Part shown: in pieces, positions 1 to 9,004 of the stretch
Layout: each line of letters opens with the position of its first letter
Position numbering within the stretch: the stretch's first letter is position 1
Assembly: GCA_964653025.1 (NCBI GenBank)
Contig: CAZZBZ010000005.1
Location: 3,571-67,570 of the forward strand
Length of the DNA: 64,000 nucleotides
Direction of reading: 5' to 3'
Source: an uncultured Verrucomicrobiota bacterium
GTDB lineage: Bacteria > Verrucomicrobiota > Verrucomicrobiia > JABWAM01
The notes under the pieces: generated by a model
What the model was told of the DNA's origin: nothing
The model's database searches: none
What the model saw: only the letters and a program-made list of their open reading frames with translations
Made by a program: the position numbers and the translations under genes

Positions 1-945
1 GCCCATGAGTTCCGAGGTTCCGCGCTCGACGCAAACCGGGCGCTCGGTCGTGGTTCGCATCACCAGGCAGGGGATTCCGAGATGGGTGGTCTCTTCCTGG
101 ATCCCCCCGCTGTCAGTGACGACTGCGGCGGCGCGGCGCATCACGCCGACGAACTCGAAGTAGGGCAAGGGCTGGAGGAGTTCGAGGTTTGGCACCGACT
201 CGAAGGCCCGCGAAAGGCGGAAGCCGGCGATCCGCGCCCGCGTGCGCGGGTGGAGGGGCAGGAGCACGGGACGGAGGGCTGCGGCTTCGCGGAGGAAGGC
301 GAGCAGGTGGTGGAGGCCATCACGCGTATCCACGTTGGATGGGCGGTGGAAGGTCATCAACCAGAACCCCGAGGCTCCCACTTCCTTCGTCCGCGCGTGG
401 CGAAGGGCGAGCTTGAGCGAGTCGATCATCACATTCCCGACGCAGGCGATGCGGCGGGCGGGGATGCCCTCGGCGCGGAGATTGGCATCGCCGTCGGCGG
501 AGGGGGTAAGGAGGAGGTCAGAGAGTTGGTCGGTGAGGACGCGGTTGATCTCCTCGGGCATGGTGCGGTCGCCGCTGCGGAGGCCCGCCTCGACGTGGGC
601 GACGGGGATGTGGAGCTTCGCGGCGGCAAGGGCGACCGCAAGGGTGGAGTTCACGTCGCCGACGACGATGGCGGCGCGGGGCTTAAGGGCCTGGAGGATG
701 GGCTCGGAGCGGGTGAGGACACGGGCGACGGTTTCCGCGTGAGTGCCGCTCCCAACACCGAGGGAGTAATCGGGGCGCCCGAGGCCAAGTTCACGGAGAA
801 AGACATCGCTCAGGAGAGGGTCGTGATGCTGGCCGGTGTGAAGGAGAACGCAGCGGGCGCCTCGGGCGCGCAGGGCGCGCCAGACGGGGGCCACCTTCAT
901 GAAGTTGGGTCGCGCGCCGGCCGCGAGAAGAAACGGGGGCTTCAT
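1..945 (-). CDS. wecB: UDP-N-acetylglucosamine 2-epimerase (non-hydrolysing); 3' end lies outside the window
   Basis: Not in the ORF track because its stop lies beyond position 1. Reverse complement from the ATG at 943-945 reads MKPPFLLAAGARPNFMKVAPVWRAL..LHTGQHHD..VGDVNSTLAVALAAAKLHIPVAHVEAGLRSGDRTMPEEINRVLTDQLSDLLLTPS, the hallmark epimerase_2 motifs. The + ORF 82..951 is its antisense shadow. Confidence 0.8.
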   Translation of the reverse strand, partial: MKPPFLLAAGARPNFMKVAPVWRALRARGARCVLLHTGQHHDPLLSDVFLRELGLGRPDYSLGVGSGTHAETVARVLTRSEPILQALKPRAAIVVGDVNSTLAVALAAAKLHIPVAHVEAGLRSGDRTMPEEINRVLTDQLSDLLLTPSADGDANLRAEGIPARRIACVGNVMIDSLKLALRHARTKEVGASGFWLMTFHRPSNVDTRDGLHHLLAFLREAAALRPVLLPLHPRTRARIAGFRLSRAFESVPNLELLQPLPYFEFVGVMRRAAAVVTDSGGIQEETTHLGIPCLVMRTTTERPVCVERGTSELMG

Positions 946-992
946 CGGTAAGCAGTGAACAGGGAGCGGGGGGACGGTGACGAGCGACGTGA

Positions 993-1502
993 TCAGGGAG
1001 CCGATTTCTCGGCAGGGGAAGGGGGCGCGTCCCCGCCTGGAACGGGCTCCTTACGGAGGAAGGAGTCGAGGATGTAGAGGCCAACGCCGATGCAGATCGC
1101 GGTATCGGCGACGTTAAAGGCGGGCCACTCGAAGTGGTGGAAGCGGAAGGAAAGGAAGTCCACGACATGTCCGCGGGTGATGCGGTCGGTAAGGTTACCG
1201 AGGATGCCGCCACAGAGGAGGCCGAGGGCGATGCGGGGGAGTGGGCCGAAAGCGGTAAAGTGGTGGCGTGCGGCGACGAGAAGGATGAGGGCCCCGATGG
1301 CGAGAAGAGTCAGCCAGTAGCCCTTGTCGCGGAAGAGGCCCCAAGCCGCACCGGTATTGACGACGAGGATGAGACTGAAGAACCCCGGGAGAATTTCCGC
1401 GGGGCGGTTCCAATCCAGACGATCAAGGGCGAGGGCCTTGGTCGCCTGGTCGAGTGCGGCAACCGAGGCGGCAAGCGCCCAGGCTGGCAGGGAACGGCTC
1501 AC
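993..1502 (-). CDS. lspA: lipoprotein signal peptidase II
   Basis: 169 aa with four hydrophobic segments. LspA-type motifs VVNTGAAWG and FNVADTAICIGVGL. Confidence 0.85.
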   Translation of the reverse strand: MSRSLPAWALAASVAALDQATKALALDRLDWNRPAEILPGFFSLILVVNTGAAWGLFRDKGYWLTLLAIGALILLVAARHHFTAFGPLPRIALGLLCGGILGNLTDRITRGHVVDFLSFRFHHFEWPAFNVADTAICIGVGLYILDSFLRKEPVPGGDAPPSPAEKSAP

Positions 1503-2152
1503 TCCTCCTCTTCGCGTTTCTCGGTACCCTCTTCCTCGGTGTTGTCGAAGGCGGAGAGCGGGGCGTTATCGCGGGGGCGGCGATGATTATTTTTCTCCAC
1601 CTCGGTTTGGCATTCCACCGTGTAACGAGTCCATGGGATAACATCGAGGCGGGCGCGGGGAATGGGTTTGCCCGACATCTCGCAAATTCCGTAAGTGCTG
1701 TTCTCAATGCGCTTGATGGCATCGTTGATCTCGTAGAGCGCCTCCTGCTCGTTGGAGACCATGCTGAGAGCAAACTCTCGATCGAAATTGTCGGTGCCCG
1801 CGTCCGCCATGTGGAAGCTGTAGGCAGAGAGATCCCTGGAAGCATCGCGCCGCGTCCGCTTGAGGTTGTCGCTGGCGTAGAACTCGATATCGTCAAGCAG
1901 GCGATCGCGCAGGTTGAGGAGAATCTTGAGGTGGCGGGCGTGGGGACCCTTGAGCGCCTTCTTGAGAAGTTCGATCCGCGCGGGGTCGAGCCCATAGGAG
2001 GCGAGGTCCTGTTCGACGCGCTTCGGCGCTTTGCGTGCGGCCTTCGCGCGAGGTGCGGGTTTCACCACCTTCTTTGGGCGCGCGATTTTTGCCGCCTTTG
2101 AGGGTTTGCGTACGACCGCCTTCTTTGTCGGCGATTTTTTGGCTTTCTTCAT
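1499..2152 (-). CDS. DksA/TraR-family protein with a Lys/Ala/Pro-rich N-terminal tail and a degenerate zinc finger
   Basis: Start taken at the internal MKKAKK (ATG at 2150-2152). C-terminal DksA-like coiled coil plus ..YGICEMSGKPIPRARLDVIPWTRYTVECQ. Its stop overlaps the lspA start (1499-1502). Confidence 0.7.
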   Translation of the reverse strand: MKKAKKSPTKKAVVRKPSKAAKIARPKKVVKPAPRAKAARKAPKRVEQDLASYGLDPARIELLKKALKGPHARHLKILLNLRDRLLDDIEFYASDNLKRTRRDASRDLSAYSFHMADAGTDNFDREFALSMVSNEQEALYEINDAIKRIENSTYGICEMSGKPIPRARLDVIPWTRYTVECQTEVEKNNHRRPRDNAPLSAFDNTEEEGTEKREEEE

Positions 2153-2248
2153 GACTTCTCGTCCTCTGGAAAAGGGGGGGAAGTATCCACGCTTCCGGGG
2201 GGCCGTCAACCCGAAAGCGTACTTTTTGACAAATGAATTTATCGAGAA

Positions 2249-2294
2249 GTTTGCCCAGTATTTGGCAAACACAAATTCGAGCGATGGTATAAAT
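2249..2294 (+). promoter_or_regulatory. AT-rich divergent control region: inverted repeat GTTTGCC-N8-GGCAAAC (2249-2270) and extended -10-like TGGTATAAAT (2285-2294)
   Basis: Read directly from the sequence, about 100 nt upstream of the 2391 start. No good -35 at canonical spacing, so this is tentative. Confidence 0.3.
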
Positions 2295-2390
2295 TTCCAA
2301 GGGGCGGAGCGGCTGGACCGACGTTTCATCTCGCTTGAAATTTAGTTCGACCCACATCATCCTCCGCGGGCAGCAAGGAGGAATATTAAT

Positions 2391-3080
2391 ATGTTTTACT
2401 TCGGATGGTGGGACCTGATTCCGATTCCCGGCTTTCTGCTGGCGCTTTACGCCCAGTTCAAGCTGCGCTCGCTCTACGCGAAATACCACGACGTTCCCCA
2501 GAGCCAGGGGCTCACGGGGGCGGAGGTTGCGCAGGCGATCCTCGACCGTGCGGGGATCCGCGACGTGGCGATCGAGGCTTGCCCCGGGGAACTGACCGAC
2601 CACTACGACCCGAAGGCGCACGTGCTACGGCTCTCGGAATCCAACTTCCGGGTCTCCTCGCTTTCCGCAATCGGGGTGGCGGCGCACGAGGCGGGCCACG
2701 CGATCCAACACAAGGAGCGCTACGCCCCGTTGGAAATGCGAATGTCCATCGTGGGGATGACCAACATTGCCACGAGCGCGGGGATGATCCTGTTCATGGT
2801 GGGCCTTTTCATCCATTCGGGCTGGATGCTGCAGGTTGGGATCTGGTGCTACTCGGCAATCGTGGTCTTCCAACTCATTACCCTACCGGTAGAATACGAT
2901 GCCTCACGGCGGGCCAAACTCGTGCTTGCGGAACTCGGTCTCGTCAACCATGAGGACGGTGAGGCGATCCGCAAGGTCCTCGGCGCGGCCGCGCTCACCT
3001 ATGTGGCGGGGTTGGCGACCGCCCTCCTCGAACTGGTCCGCATGATCGCCCTGGCAAATACCGTCCGCGACCGGGACTGA
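2391..3080 (+). CDS. membrane zinc metallopeptidase, YugP/Zn_peptidase_2 family
   Basis: 229 aa. HEAGHAIQH zinc motif, flanking TM segments, and YDASRRA near the C-terminus as in the YugP family. Confidence 0.75.
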   Translation: MFYFGWWDLIPIPGFLLALYAQFKLRSLYAKYHDVPQSQGLTGAEVAQAILDRAGIRDVAIEACPGELTDHYDPKAHVLRLSESNFRVSSLSAIGVAAHEAGHAIQHKERYAPLEMRMSIVGMTNIATSAGMILFMVGLFIHSGWMLQVGIWCYSAIVVFQLITLPVEYDASRRAKLVLAELGLVNHEDGEAIRKVLGAAALTYVAGLATALLELVRMIALANTVRDRD

Positions 3081-3128
3081 GCGGCATTCAGACCGAAACA
3101 GAAGTCTCACGCAAGGAAGCATGAGAAA

Positions 3129-4361
3129 GTGAGTGCCGTCCACGCCTTCCTTCTCCTGTTGCTCGTCGCGGCGCCGGCGCGCGCCGCAGACCGTGTGGTG
3201 GTGATCTCTCCCCAGTGGGAAGGAATCAAGGTTGAGTTTGCGCGTGCGTTTTCCAACTGGCACCGGACCCGCACGGGGCGGCCCGCCGCCGTGGACTGGC
3301 GCGATATGGGCGGGGCCTCGGATGGCCTCCGATTCATCCTCTCTGAGTTCCGCCAGAACCCGCAGACCATCGGGATCGACCTTTTCTTCGGAGGGGGGAT
3401 CGACCCGTACGTCGAACTCGAGAAGAGCGGGCTTCTCGAGCGCTTCGACCCGCCAGCGGGGGTGCTCGACGGAATTCCCCCGGACCTCGCCGGGCTCCCG
3501 GTTTACGACCCCGGTCACCGGTGGTTTGGTGCGGCGCTGTCAAGTTTCGGAATCCTGCGGAACGACGAGGTGATCCGTGCGATGAAACTGCCCACGCCGC
3601 GGACGTGGCGCGACCTCGCGGATCCCCGTCTTCGAGGCTGGGTGGGTTCGGGCGACCCGCGAAACAGCGGAGCCACGCACATGGTCTTTGAGAGCATCCT
3701 CCAGGCCTACGGATGGGACGAGGGATGGAAGGTGATCCTCGGGATCGGACGGAACATCCGCCAGTTCGACCGCAGCAACAGCGCAGCGGCCAAGGGCTGC
3801 GCGCTGGGCAACACCGCCTACGCGGTGGTCGTGGATTTCTACGGCCTGATCCAGGTGGCCGAGGTAGGTGGCGACCGCATGAGCCTCGTGATTCCGGACG
3901 GGGAATCCGTGCTCACGGCGGACGCGATCGGGATCCTGAAAGGGGCGCCAAACCGGGAGACTGCGCGCGCCTTTGTGGAGTTCGTCCTCTCGGAGGAGGG
4001 GCAGTCGCTTTGGATGGCGCCGCGCGGGCATCCCGCGGGGCCGAGAAAGTTTTCCATCGAGCGCATGTCCGTGCGCCCCGCGCTTTACGTAAAATTTGCG
4101 GGGGTAACCCTCGTGAAGACGAACCCTTTCCGCGACCTGAAGCCGCTTCGCTACAACTCTGGGTTGGGGTCGCGCCGCTGGAGTGCGCTCAACGCCCTGC
4201 TCGGCGCGGTGGTGATCGATCGCTCTCCTTCCGAGCGCGACCGCGCGCGAGTCCCGGTAACCGAGGCGGAGTTCGATGCCGTGATCGCCCACGAATGGAA
4301 GGACCCGGTGAAGAGGAACAAAGTTCAACTCATCTGGCAGCGGGAAGGATGCTTCCCGTGA
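3129..4361 (+). CDS. periplasmic ABC-type substrate-binding protein (Fe3+/polyamine-like SBP fold), orphan
   Basis: GTG start. Signal peptide LLLLLVAAPARA. SBP-like FFGGGIDPY and GSGDPRNSGA segments. No permease or ATPase gene adjacent. Confidence 0.55.
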   Translation: MSAVHAFLLLLLVAAPARAADRVVVISPQWEGIKVEFARAFSNWHRTRTGRPAAVDWRDMGGASDGLRFILSEFRQNPQTIGIDLFFGGGIDPYVELEKSGLLERFDPPAGVLDGIPPDLAGLPVYDPGHRWFGAALSSFGILRNDEVIRAMKLPTPRTWRDLADPRLRGWVGSGDPRNSGATHMVFESILQAYGWDEGWKVILGIGRNIRQFDRSNSAAAKGCALGNTAYAVVVDFYGLIQVAEVGGDRMSLVIPDGESVLTADAIGILKGAPNRETARAFVEFVLSEEGQSLWMAPRGHPAGPRKFSIERMSVRPALYVKFAGVTLVKTNPFRDLKPLRYNSGLGSRRWSALNALLGAVVIDRSPSERDRARVPVTEAEFDAVIAHEWKDPVKRNKVQLIWQREGCFP

Positions 4362-4488
4362 CTTGATCTCAGGAGAAGGGCCATCAATGAGGAACCCCGA
4401 AATCCCTTGACTGGGCAGGGGGGCAGGCGTAGGGGAGAGACAGCCACCGCTCTTACCGAGGACGGGCGGTGTCCGCCCCCTGAACACT

Positions 4489-5040
4489 ATGAAAACCATG
4501 TCCCGCTTCGCTTCTCTCGTTTCTTTCTTTAGCTTCGCTTTGGCCGGGGTCGCCCTCGCGGGAGACGATTCCACCACAGGCTCCGTAGTTTGCGTGGACA
4601 CCCAGGTCGAGGTGACTGCCTCCAGTCAGGTGGGTGCGAAGTTTGTGGCTCCCGAGACCGGCACGTACACGCTCACCCTCCTTTCGGGTGCCTTCTGCTA
4701 TCTACCCCAGCAACCCGGCCAATCCTCCCCGTACGACGGGTGGCTGACCCAGGTTCAGTTCTACAAGAAGGCGGTGAAATGGGGTGCGCCCGACGAGTGG
4801 GGAAAACACCCGGTCGGCCCTGATGGTTCCGTGGGCAACAGCGATCACCAGGCGAGTAAGGCCCAGGCTGCGGCTGCGGGCAAGGGCGCCTGTACCACGG
4901 TCGAACTCGAAAAGGGCCAGACGATCACCTTTCTCGTGAGCGACGGCTCCGATTGGTACGGCGACAATGAAGGTTCGGTGCAGGTCGGCATCACCGCCGA
5001 CATCCCCCAGCCATCTGAAGATCCGTACGAGAGCCCCTGA
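4489..5040 (+). CDS. hypothetical secreted protein (beta-rich)
   Basis: Clear signal peptide MKTMSRFASLVSFFSFALAGVALAG. GC3-rich codons. No recognisable family. Confidence 0.55.
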   Translation: MKTMSRFASLVSFFSFALAGVALAGDDSTTGSVVCVDTQVEVTASSQVGAKFVAPETGTYTLTLLSGAFCYLPQQPGQSSPYDGWLTQVQFYKKAVKWGAPDEWGKHPVGPDGSVGNSDHQASKAQAAAAGKGACTTVELEKGQTITFLVSDGSDWYGDNEGSVQVGITADIPQPSEDPYESP

Positions 5041-5194
5041 GGGATGGTTTTCGATCGGCCGCGCTCAAGCGAGCATGTTTGCGGGAGGTCTGCTCAGGTG
5101 TTCGGTTTACTCGCCGGCTACCCTTGCGAAGCCGAGAAGTGATGTTTTCGGGAGACATGGGATTGCCCGCGTGAGGCTTTCTCCATAACTTGGC

Positions 5195-5752
5195 ATGAGA
5201 AAATTTCTCCTCTTCTTAGGCCTGATCGCGTTGGCGTGGGTGGGCTTCAAATGGCTCACTGTCCAGTACGGCGGCAAGATCGCGGTTCCCTCGTCCTCGC
5301 CAGTGTCCAACGTCGGCGAGCGCTATGGAATCGTCGGGGCCGACTTCGGGAAGGATGCCGCCAAGCCAGCCGCCCCCGCGACGACGGTCTCGTCCCCGGC
5401 TACCCCTGCCGCGTCCGTCCCAGAGAACGCGTTCGTCTGCACGCGGTCGGTGGATGCCTTCGATCCCGCCGCGCCCGCTCGCCAGATCGGCTTTTTCAAT
5501 GCGGGGAGCCGTCTCCAAATCGGCGGGTTCTATCCCGCGTCGGGAATGTTTGGCGTGACCTACCAGGACCCGGGCGGCCGCGTGATCCAGGCGCTCTGCC
5601 GTCCCGCGGACGTGGGGCAGAAGCCTCCCGAGACCGCAGCGACCCCATCGAGCGGCTTTCCATCCCCGTCGGGGTCCTCGTCGCCCGCTCAGAAGCAGGG
5701 AACCATGTCGAGTTGGCAAGACCGGATCCAGAGGGCCACGGGAGGGAACTGA
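5195..5752 (+). CDS. hypothetical membrane-anchored protein with Pro/Ala/Ser-rich linkers
   Basis: N-terminal TM/signal anchor MRKFLLFLGLIALAWVGF. No recognisable family. Confidence 0.5.
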   Translation: MRKFLLFLGLIALAWVGFKWLTVQYGGKIAVPSSSPVSNVGERYGIVGADFGKDAAKPAAPATTVSSPATPAASVPENAFVCTRSVDAFDPAAPARQIGFFNAGSRLQIGGFYPASGMFGVTYQDPGGRVIQALCRPADVGQKPPETAATPSSGFPSPSGSSSPAQKQGTMSSWQDRIQRATGGN

Positions 5753-5770
5753 TCGAGGAATTCCTGGAGA

Positions 5771-5788
5771 CGGGATGCCCTCATCCCG
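5771..5788. terminator. short hairpin between convergent genes (CGGGATG-cccT-CATCCCG)
   Basis: 7-bp stem and 4-nt loop read from the sequence. No clear U-tract on either strand. Confidence 0.3.
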
Positions 5789-5797
5789 CTTCTCCTC

Positions 5798-7156
5798 TCA
5801 TTCGTACCGAAGGGCCTGGATGGGATCGAGGCGGGAGGCCTTGAAGGCGGGGTAGAAGCCGGCGAAGACGCCGGTGAGGACCGAGAAGGCGAAGCTGATG
5901 ACGAGGGAGTAAAGCTTGATCACGGGCTCGTTGTTCAGTTCGGCGACGAGCTTGATGAGTTGGACGACCCCGAAGGCGGAGCCGAGGCCAAGGAGTCCTC
6001 CGAGGAAGCCGAGGACACTGCTCTCAATGAGGATCTGCGAGAAGATGTCGCGTCCGCGGGCACCGACGGCGAGGCGGATCCCAATTTCCCGCACGCGCTC
6101 CGAGATGCTGGCGAGCATGATGTTCGCGATGCCGATGCCGCCGACGATGAGGCTGATACCGGCGATGATGCCGCCACTCAGCCGCGCGGCCTTCACGGAG
6201 GTCTCGATGGACTCGGCCCAGTCCTCGCGTGTTCCAAATCCGAAGTCCTCCACCCCGCGGTGGGTCTTGAGCAGCGAGGCGCGGACCTCCTTCACGGCGT
6301 CGGCTAGCCGCGCGGGGTCGCGGACGCGGAGGTTCAGTTCGGAGAGCCGCGGGTCGGGCCCGAGCTCATTGTAGGGAAGTTGGAGGCTCGCGGAGCGGAA
6401 GGTCACTAGCATCGTGGAGATGGGGAAGGCGATGAGGCTGTTGCGCCACCAGGCAAAACTGTAGCGCTGGGCACCGCGGGACTTTGAGGCCACGACACGG
6501 CGCTCCACGGCGCGCTTCTGCATGGCCGCGAGGCGCCCCGACTCGCGGAGGCGGCGATCGTACTCGCTCTCGTATTCGCGGAAGACGCCAACAATGCGGA
6601 ACGGGAGCCCGTTGATGTAGAGCATGCGATTGAGCGGGGAATCATTTCGGTTCTGGCCGAGAGCCTCCCAGACGGGCCAGCCGATCACGCAGACCGGGGC
6701 GAAGCGGTCCACGTCGAGGTCGGAGATGAAGCGGCCGACCTCGATGTCATAGTTGTTCACGCGGGCAAACGAGGGAGCCGCCCCGACGATGCGTGGGCGG
6801 GTGATCTTGTTCAGGTACTGGACGACGCCCCCCCCGAGGTTTACCTCGGGAGAGATATCCTCCACGAGCGAGCACTCCCGTCGAATGATGTCCACGTCGT
6901 CAAGCGTACGCCCAGGCGAGAGGGATTTGAGATCCTCCTGCTCGACGGGCACGTCCTGCTCGATCACCTGGATGCGCTCCACGCCGCCGGAGGCGAGAAG
7001 GTTTTCGCGCATCCCGCGAGTCATCCCCTCAGTAATGGCAAACATCGCCACCAGGCTCGACACCCCAAGGATGATGCCGAGCATCGTCAGAAAGGAGCGA
7101 AACTTGTGCGCGAGGATCTCGCGCAGCCCGACCTGGATGGAGAGGTGGATGTTCAA
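5798..7156 (-). CDS. MacB/FtsX-family ABC transporter permease (MacB periplasmic core domain + FtsX), orphan
   Basis: 452 aa. N-terminal LREILAHKFRSFLTMLGIILGVSSLV, C-terminal FtsX block IGIRLAVGARGRDIFSQILIESSVLG...YPAFKASRLDPIQALRYE. No ATPase gene adjacent. Confidence 0.8.
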   Translation of the reverse strand: MNIHLSIQVGLREILAHKFRSFLTMLGIILGVSSLVAMFAITEGMTRGMRENLLASGGVERIQVIEQDVPVEQEDLKSLSPGRTLDDVDIIRRECSLVEDISPEVNLGGGVVQYLNKITRPRIVGAAPSFARVNNYDIEVGRFISDLDVDRFAPVCVIGWPVWEALGQNRNDSPLNRMLYINGLPFRIVGVFREYESEYDRRLRESGRLAAMQKRAVERRVVASKSRGAQRYSFAWWRNSLIAFPISTMLVTFRSASLQLPYNELGPDPRLSELNLRVRDPARLADAVKEVRASLLKTHRGVEDFGFGTREDWAESIETSVKAARLSGGIIAGISLIVGGIGIANIMLASISERVREIGIRLAVGARGRDIFSQILIESSVLGFLGGLLGLGSAFGVVQLIKLVAELNNEPVIKLYSLVISFAFSVLTGVFAGFYPAFKASRLDPIQALRYE

Positions 7157-7276
7157 ACCGTGAGCAGTGAGAGGGGGAGGTTACAGGGGACGGGGGAGAG
7201 GGAACAGAAAAACCGGGAGGGATGGCATGTCTCCGTCCACCCTTTGTACCGAGGATTGCCTGGCTTCGGCGGCCGT

Positions 7277-8902
7277 TCAGCGTCCTTTCGGTTTTGCGCG
7301 CTCGATGGACCACCAAGTTGGCTGCGTGGGCTGGAGGGGCGAGTGTTTTCGGAGGTATTCGGCGAGCGCCTCGCGAGTCTGGAAGTCGTACTCCACAAGT
7401 TTTGCTTCAGGCAAATCGGCGAGCTCGCGAAGTTTCGGCCATCTTTGGCCCCCGCTCGCGAGATCGTAGGAGTTCGCGGCAAGGCGAACGCGGGCGTCGG
7501 GCGGAAGGGTGCGCCCTTCGCGGTCGCCGAGGAAGACGATGCGTTTTCCGGGAGGGGCCGAGCGCATGATTTTCATCGTGAGGCCCCAGAGGCCGCGGAA
7601 GCGCGGTGAGTCGTAGGCAGAAGCGTTCTCCTCGAGAATCTCAATCAGCTGATCGCGTGTGAACTCGGCGACCCCGACCGTGTTTTCGTAGGGGACGATC
7701 GACCAGACGTCGGCCATGCGAAGGGTTCCTGCCGGGAGCCCGGTCTTTTTATCGGCAAGCAGGCCGTGGAGGACGGCGTCCACCTTCCCGCCGCGGGATT
7801 TCACGGCCTCCGCGATGGCCGCGCAAAGGAGGTCGTGGAGAGGGGAAGGGGCCTTCGGCCCGCCGGTGGCCTCGATCGCGACTGCCGCCTCGCCCAACTT
7901 CTCGCCGAGGACCGCCTGGGTGCGGTCGAGATCTGCGCGCAGGGCGGCGAGCACCTGCGGGTCCTGGGCGATCGAGGCGTCCATTGGGAGAAGTCGCGCC
8001 TTGCGGGAGGTGATGCGCCGCGCATCGGTGTCCCAGACGAGATCAATCCGTCCGAGATGGGAGCCCCAGGAGTTGGCCTGGGTGTAGAGTACGCCGCTGG
8101 TCGTCTGTTCATCGAACGGCTGGTGCGAGTGTCCCCCGATGATCACGTCGATTTCGGGGAAGCCGCGCGCGAGGGAGGCGATCTGGTTCGCGTGGTCGTC
8201 ACCCTGTGGGCGGAGCCCTTGGTGGGCCGAGAGCACGAGCACCTCGCAGCCGGCCGCCTTCGCTTGCGGCACGGCGCGGCGCAGCGCCACAAGCGAGTCC
8301 TCGACAACGAGGCCGGGGATGAGACGCGGGCGCGACCAGGAGGGGATGCCGGGGGTGGTCAGGCCAAGAATTCCCACCTTCACGCCATCCACCTCGCGGA
8401 TGGCAAAGGGCTTCACGCGCGCGAAAGCCTTCGCGATCTCGGGCGAGGCACCGGACGGAGCCTCGTAGCGGAGGTTTGCGGCGAGGAGGTCCCCCTGGAA
8501 CTCGTTCATGCGCGGGGCGAGGGCATCGAGTCCCCAGTCGAACTCGTGGTTCCCGAGGGTCCAGCCCGAACAGCCGAGGAGGTTCATGGCGCGGATGATC
8601 GCCGCGCCGCGAGTGAGCCAGCCGAGGGCGTTGCCCTCGATCGTATCGCCGTTGTCGAGCCAGAGGACGTTGCGCTCCTTCGCGCGGATTGCGCGAATGG
8701 CGGTGGCGCAACGGGCGAAGCCGCCGAGCGGCTCGGCCAAGGGGTCCGCCCCCGGAGGAATGGGCGAGCGCGGGTTGTTCGCGGGAACGGCCGGCAGGAT
8801 CGCGGAATGGAGGTCGGTGGTATGGAGGATGACGAGGGAGACCTCGCGAGCGGGCAGGGCAAACGTCGTGGCGAGAAGCAGGGCGAGGACACGGGGGAAC
8901 AT
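7277..8902 (-). CDS. secreted bifunctional metallophosphatase/5'-nucleotidase (UshA family)
   Basis: Signal peptide. Metallophosphatase motifs HTTDLHS, DNGDT, GNHEFD, GGHSH, followed by a 5'-nucleotidase C-terminal-like region. Confidence 0.8.
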   Translation of the reverse strand: MFPRVLALLLATTFALPAREVSLVILHTTDLHSAILPAVPANNPRSPIPPGADPLAEPLGGFARCATAIRAIRAKERNVLWLDNGDTIEGNALGWLTRGAAIIRAMNLLGCSGWTLGNHEFDWGLDALAPRMNEFQGDLLAANLRYEAPSGASPEIAKAFARVKPFAIREVDGVKVGILGLTTPGIPSWSRPRLIPGLVVEDSLVALRRAVPQAKAAGCEVLVLSAHQGLRPQGDDHANQIASLARGFPEIDVIIGGHSHQPFDEQTTSGVLYTQANSWGSHLGRIDLVWDTDARRITSRKARLLPMDASIAQDPQVLAALRADLDRTQAVLGEKLGEAAVAIEATGGPKAPSPLHDLLCAAIAEAVKSRGGKVDAVLHGLLADKKTGLPAGTLRMADVWSIVPYENTVGVAEFTRDQLIEILEENASAYDSPRFRGLWGLTMKIMRSAPPGKRIVFLGDREGRTLPPDARVRLAANSYDLASGGQRWPKLRELADLPEAKLVEYDFQTREALAEYLRKHSPLQPTQPTWWSIERAKPKGR

Positions 8903-8924
8903 GTGGGAAGTGTAGGGAGAAGTT

Positions 8925-8946
8925 CGAAATCCGAAATCTGAAAATC
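8925..8946. repeat. tandem heptad microrepeat CGAAATC CGAAATC TGAAAATC
   Basis: Read directly, in the AT-rich divergent spacer between the 5'-nucleotidase and nfeD starts. Confidence 0.8.
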
Positions 8947-9004
8947 GAGTGAAGGGAGGAAAGAAATTCCGTGCCTCTTGCCGCCCGGGGAGTAGACTGC
9001 GCCC

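Noticed and set aside
82-951. Many long ORFs in the track lie opposite real genes. Examples: 82-951 (+), 9350-10759 (-), 13659-14759 (+), 18669-20279 (+), 20775-22940 (+), 24186-25394 (+), 26263-27648 (+), 29500-30819 (-), 34079-36328 (-), 37570-39057 (+), 45133-46218 (-), 56631-58088 (-), 60462-62006 (-).
   Set aside because: Their translations are Arg/Gly/Ala/Pro-rich with no motifs, while the opposite strand encodes clearly recognisable proteins. Long antisense ORFs are expected in GC-rich DNA with GC3-biased codons.
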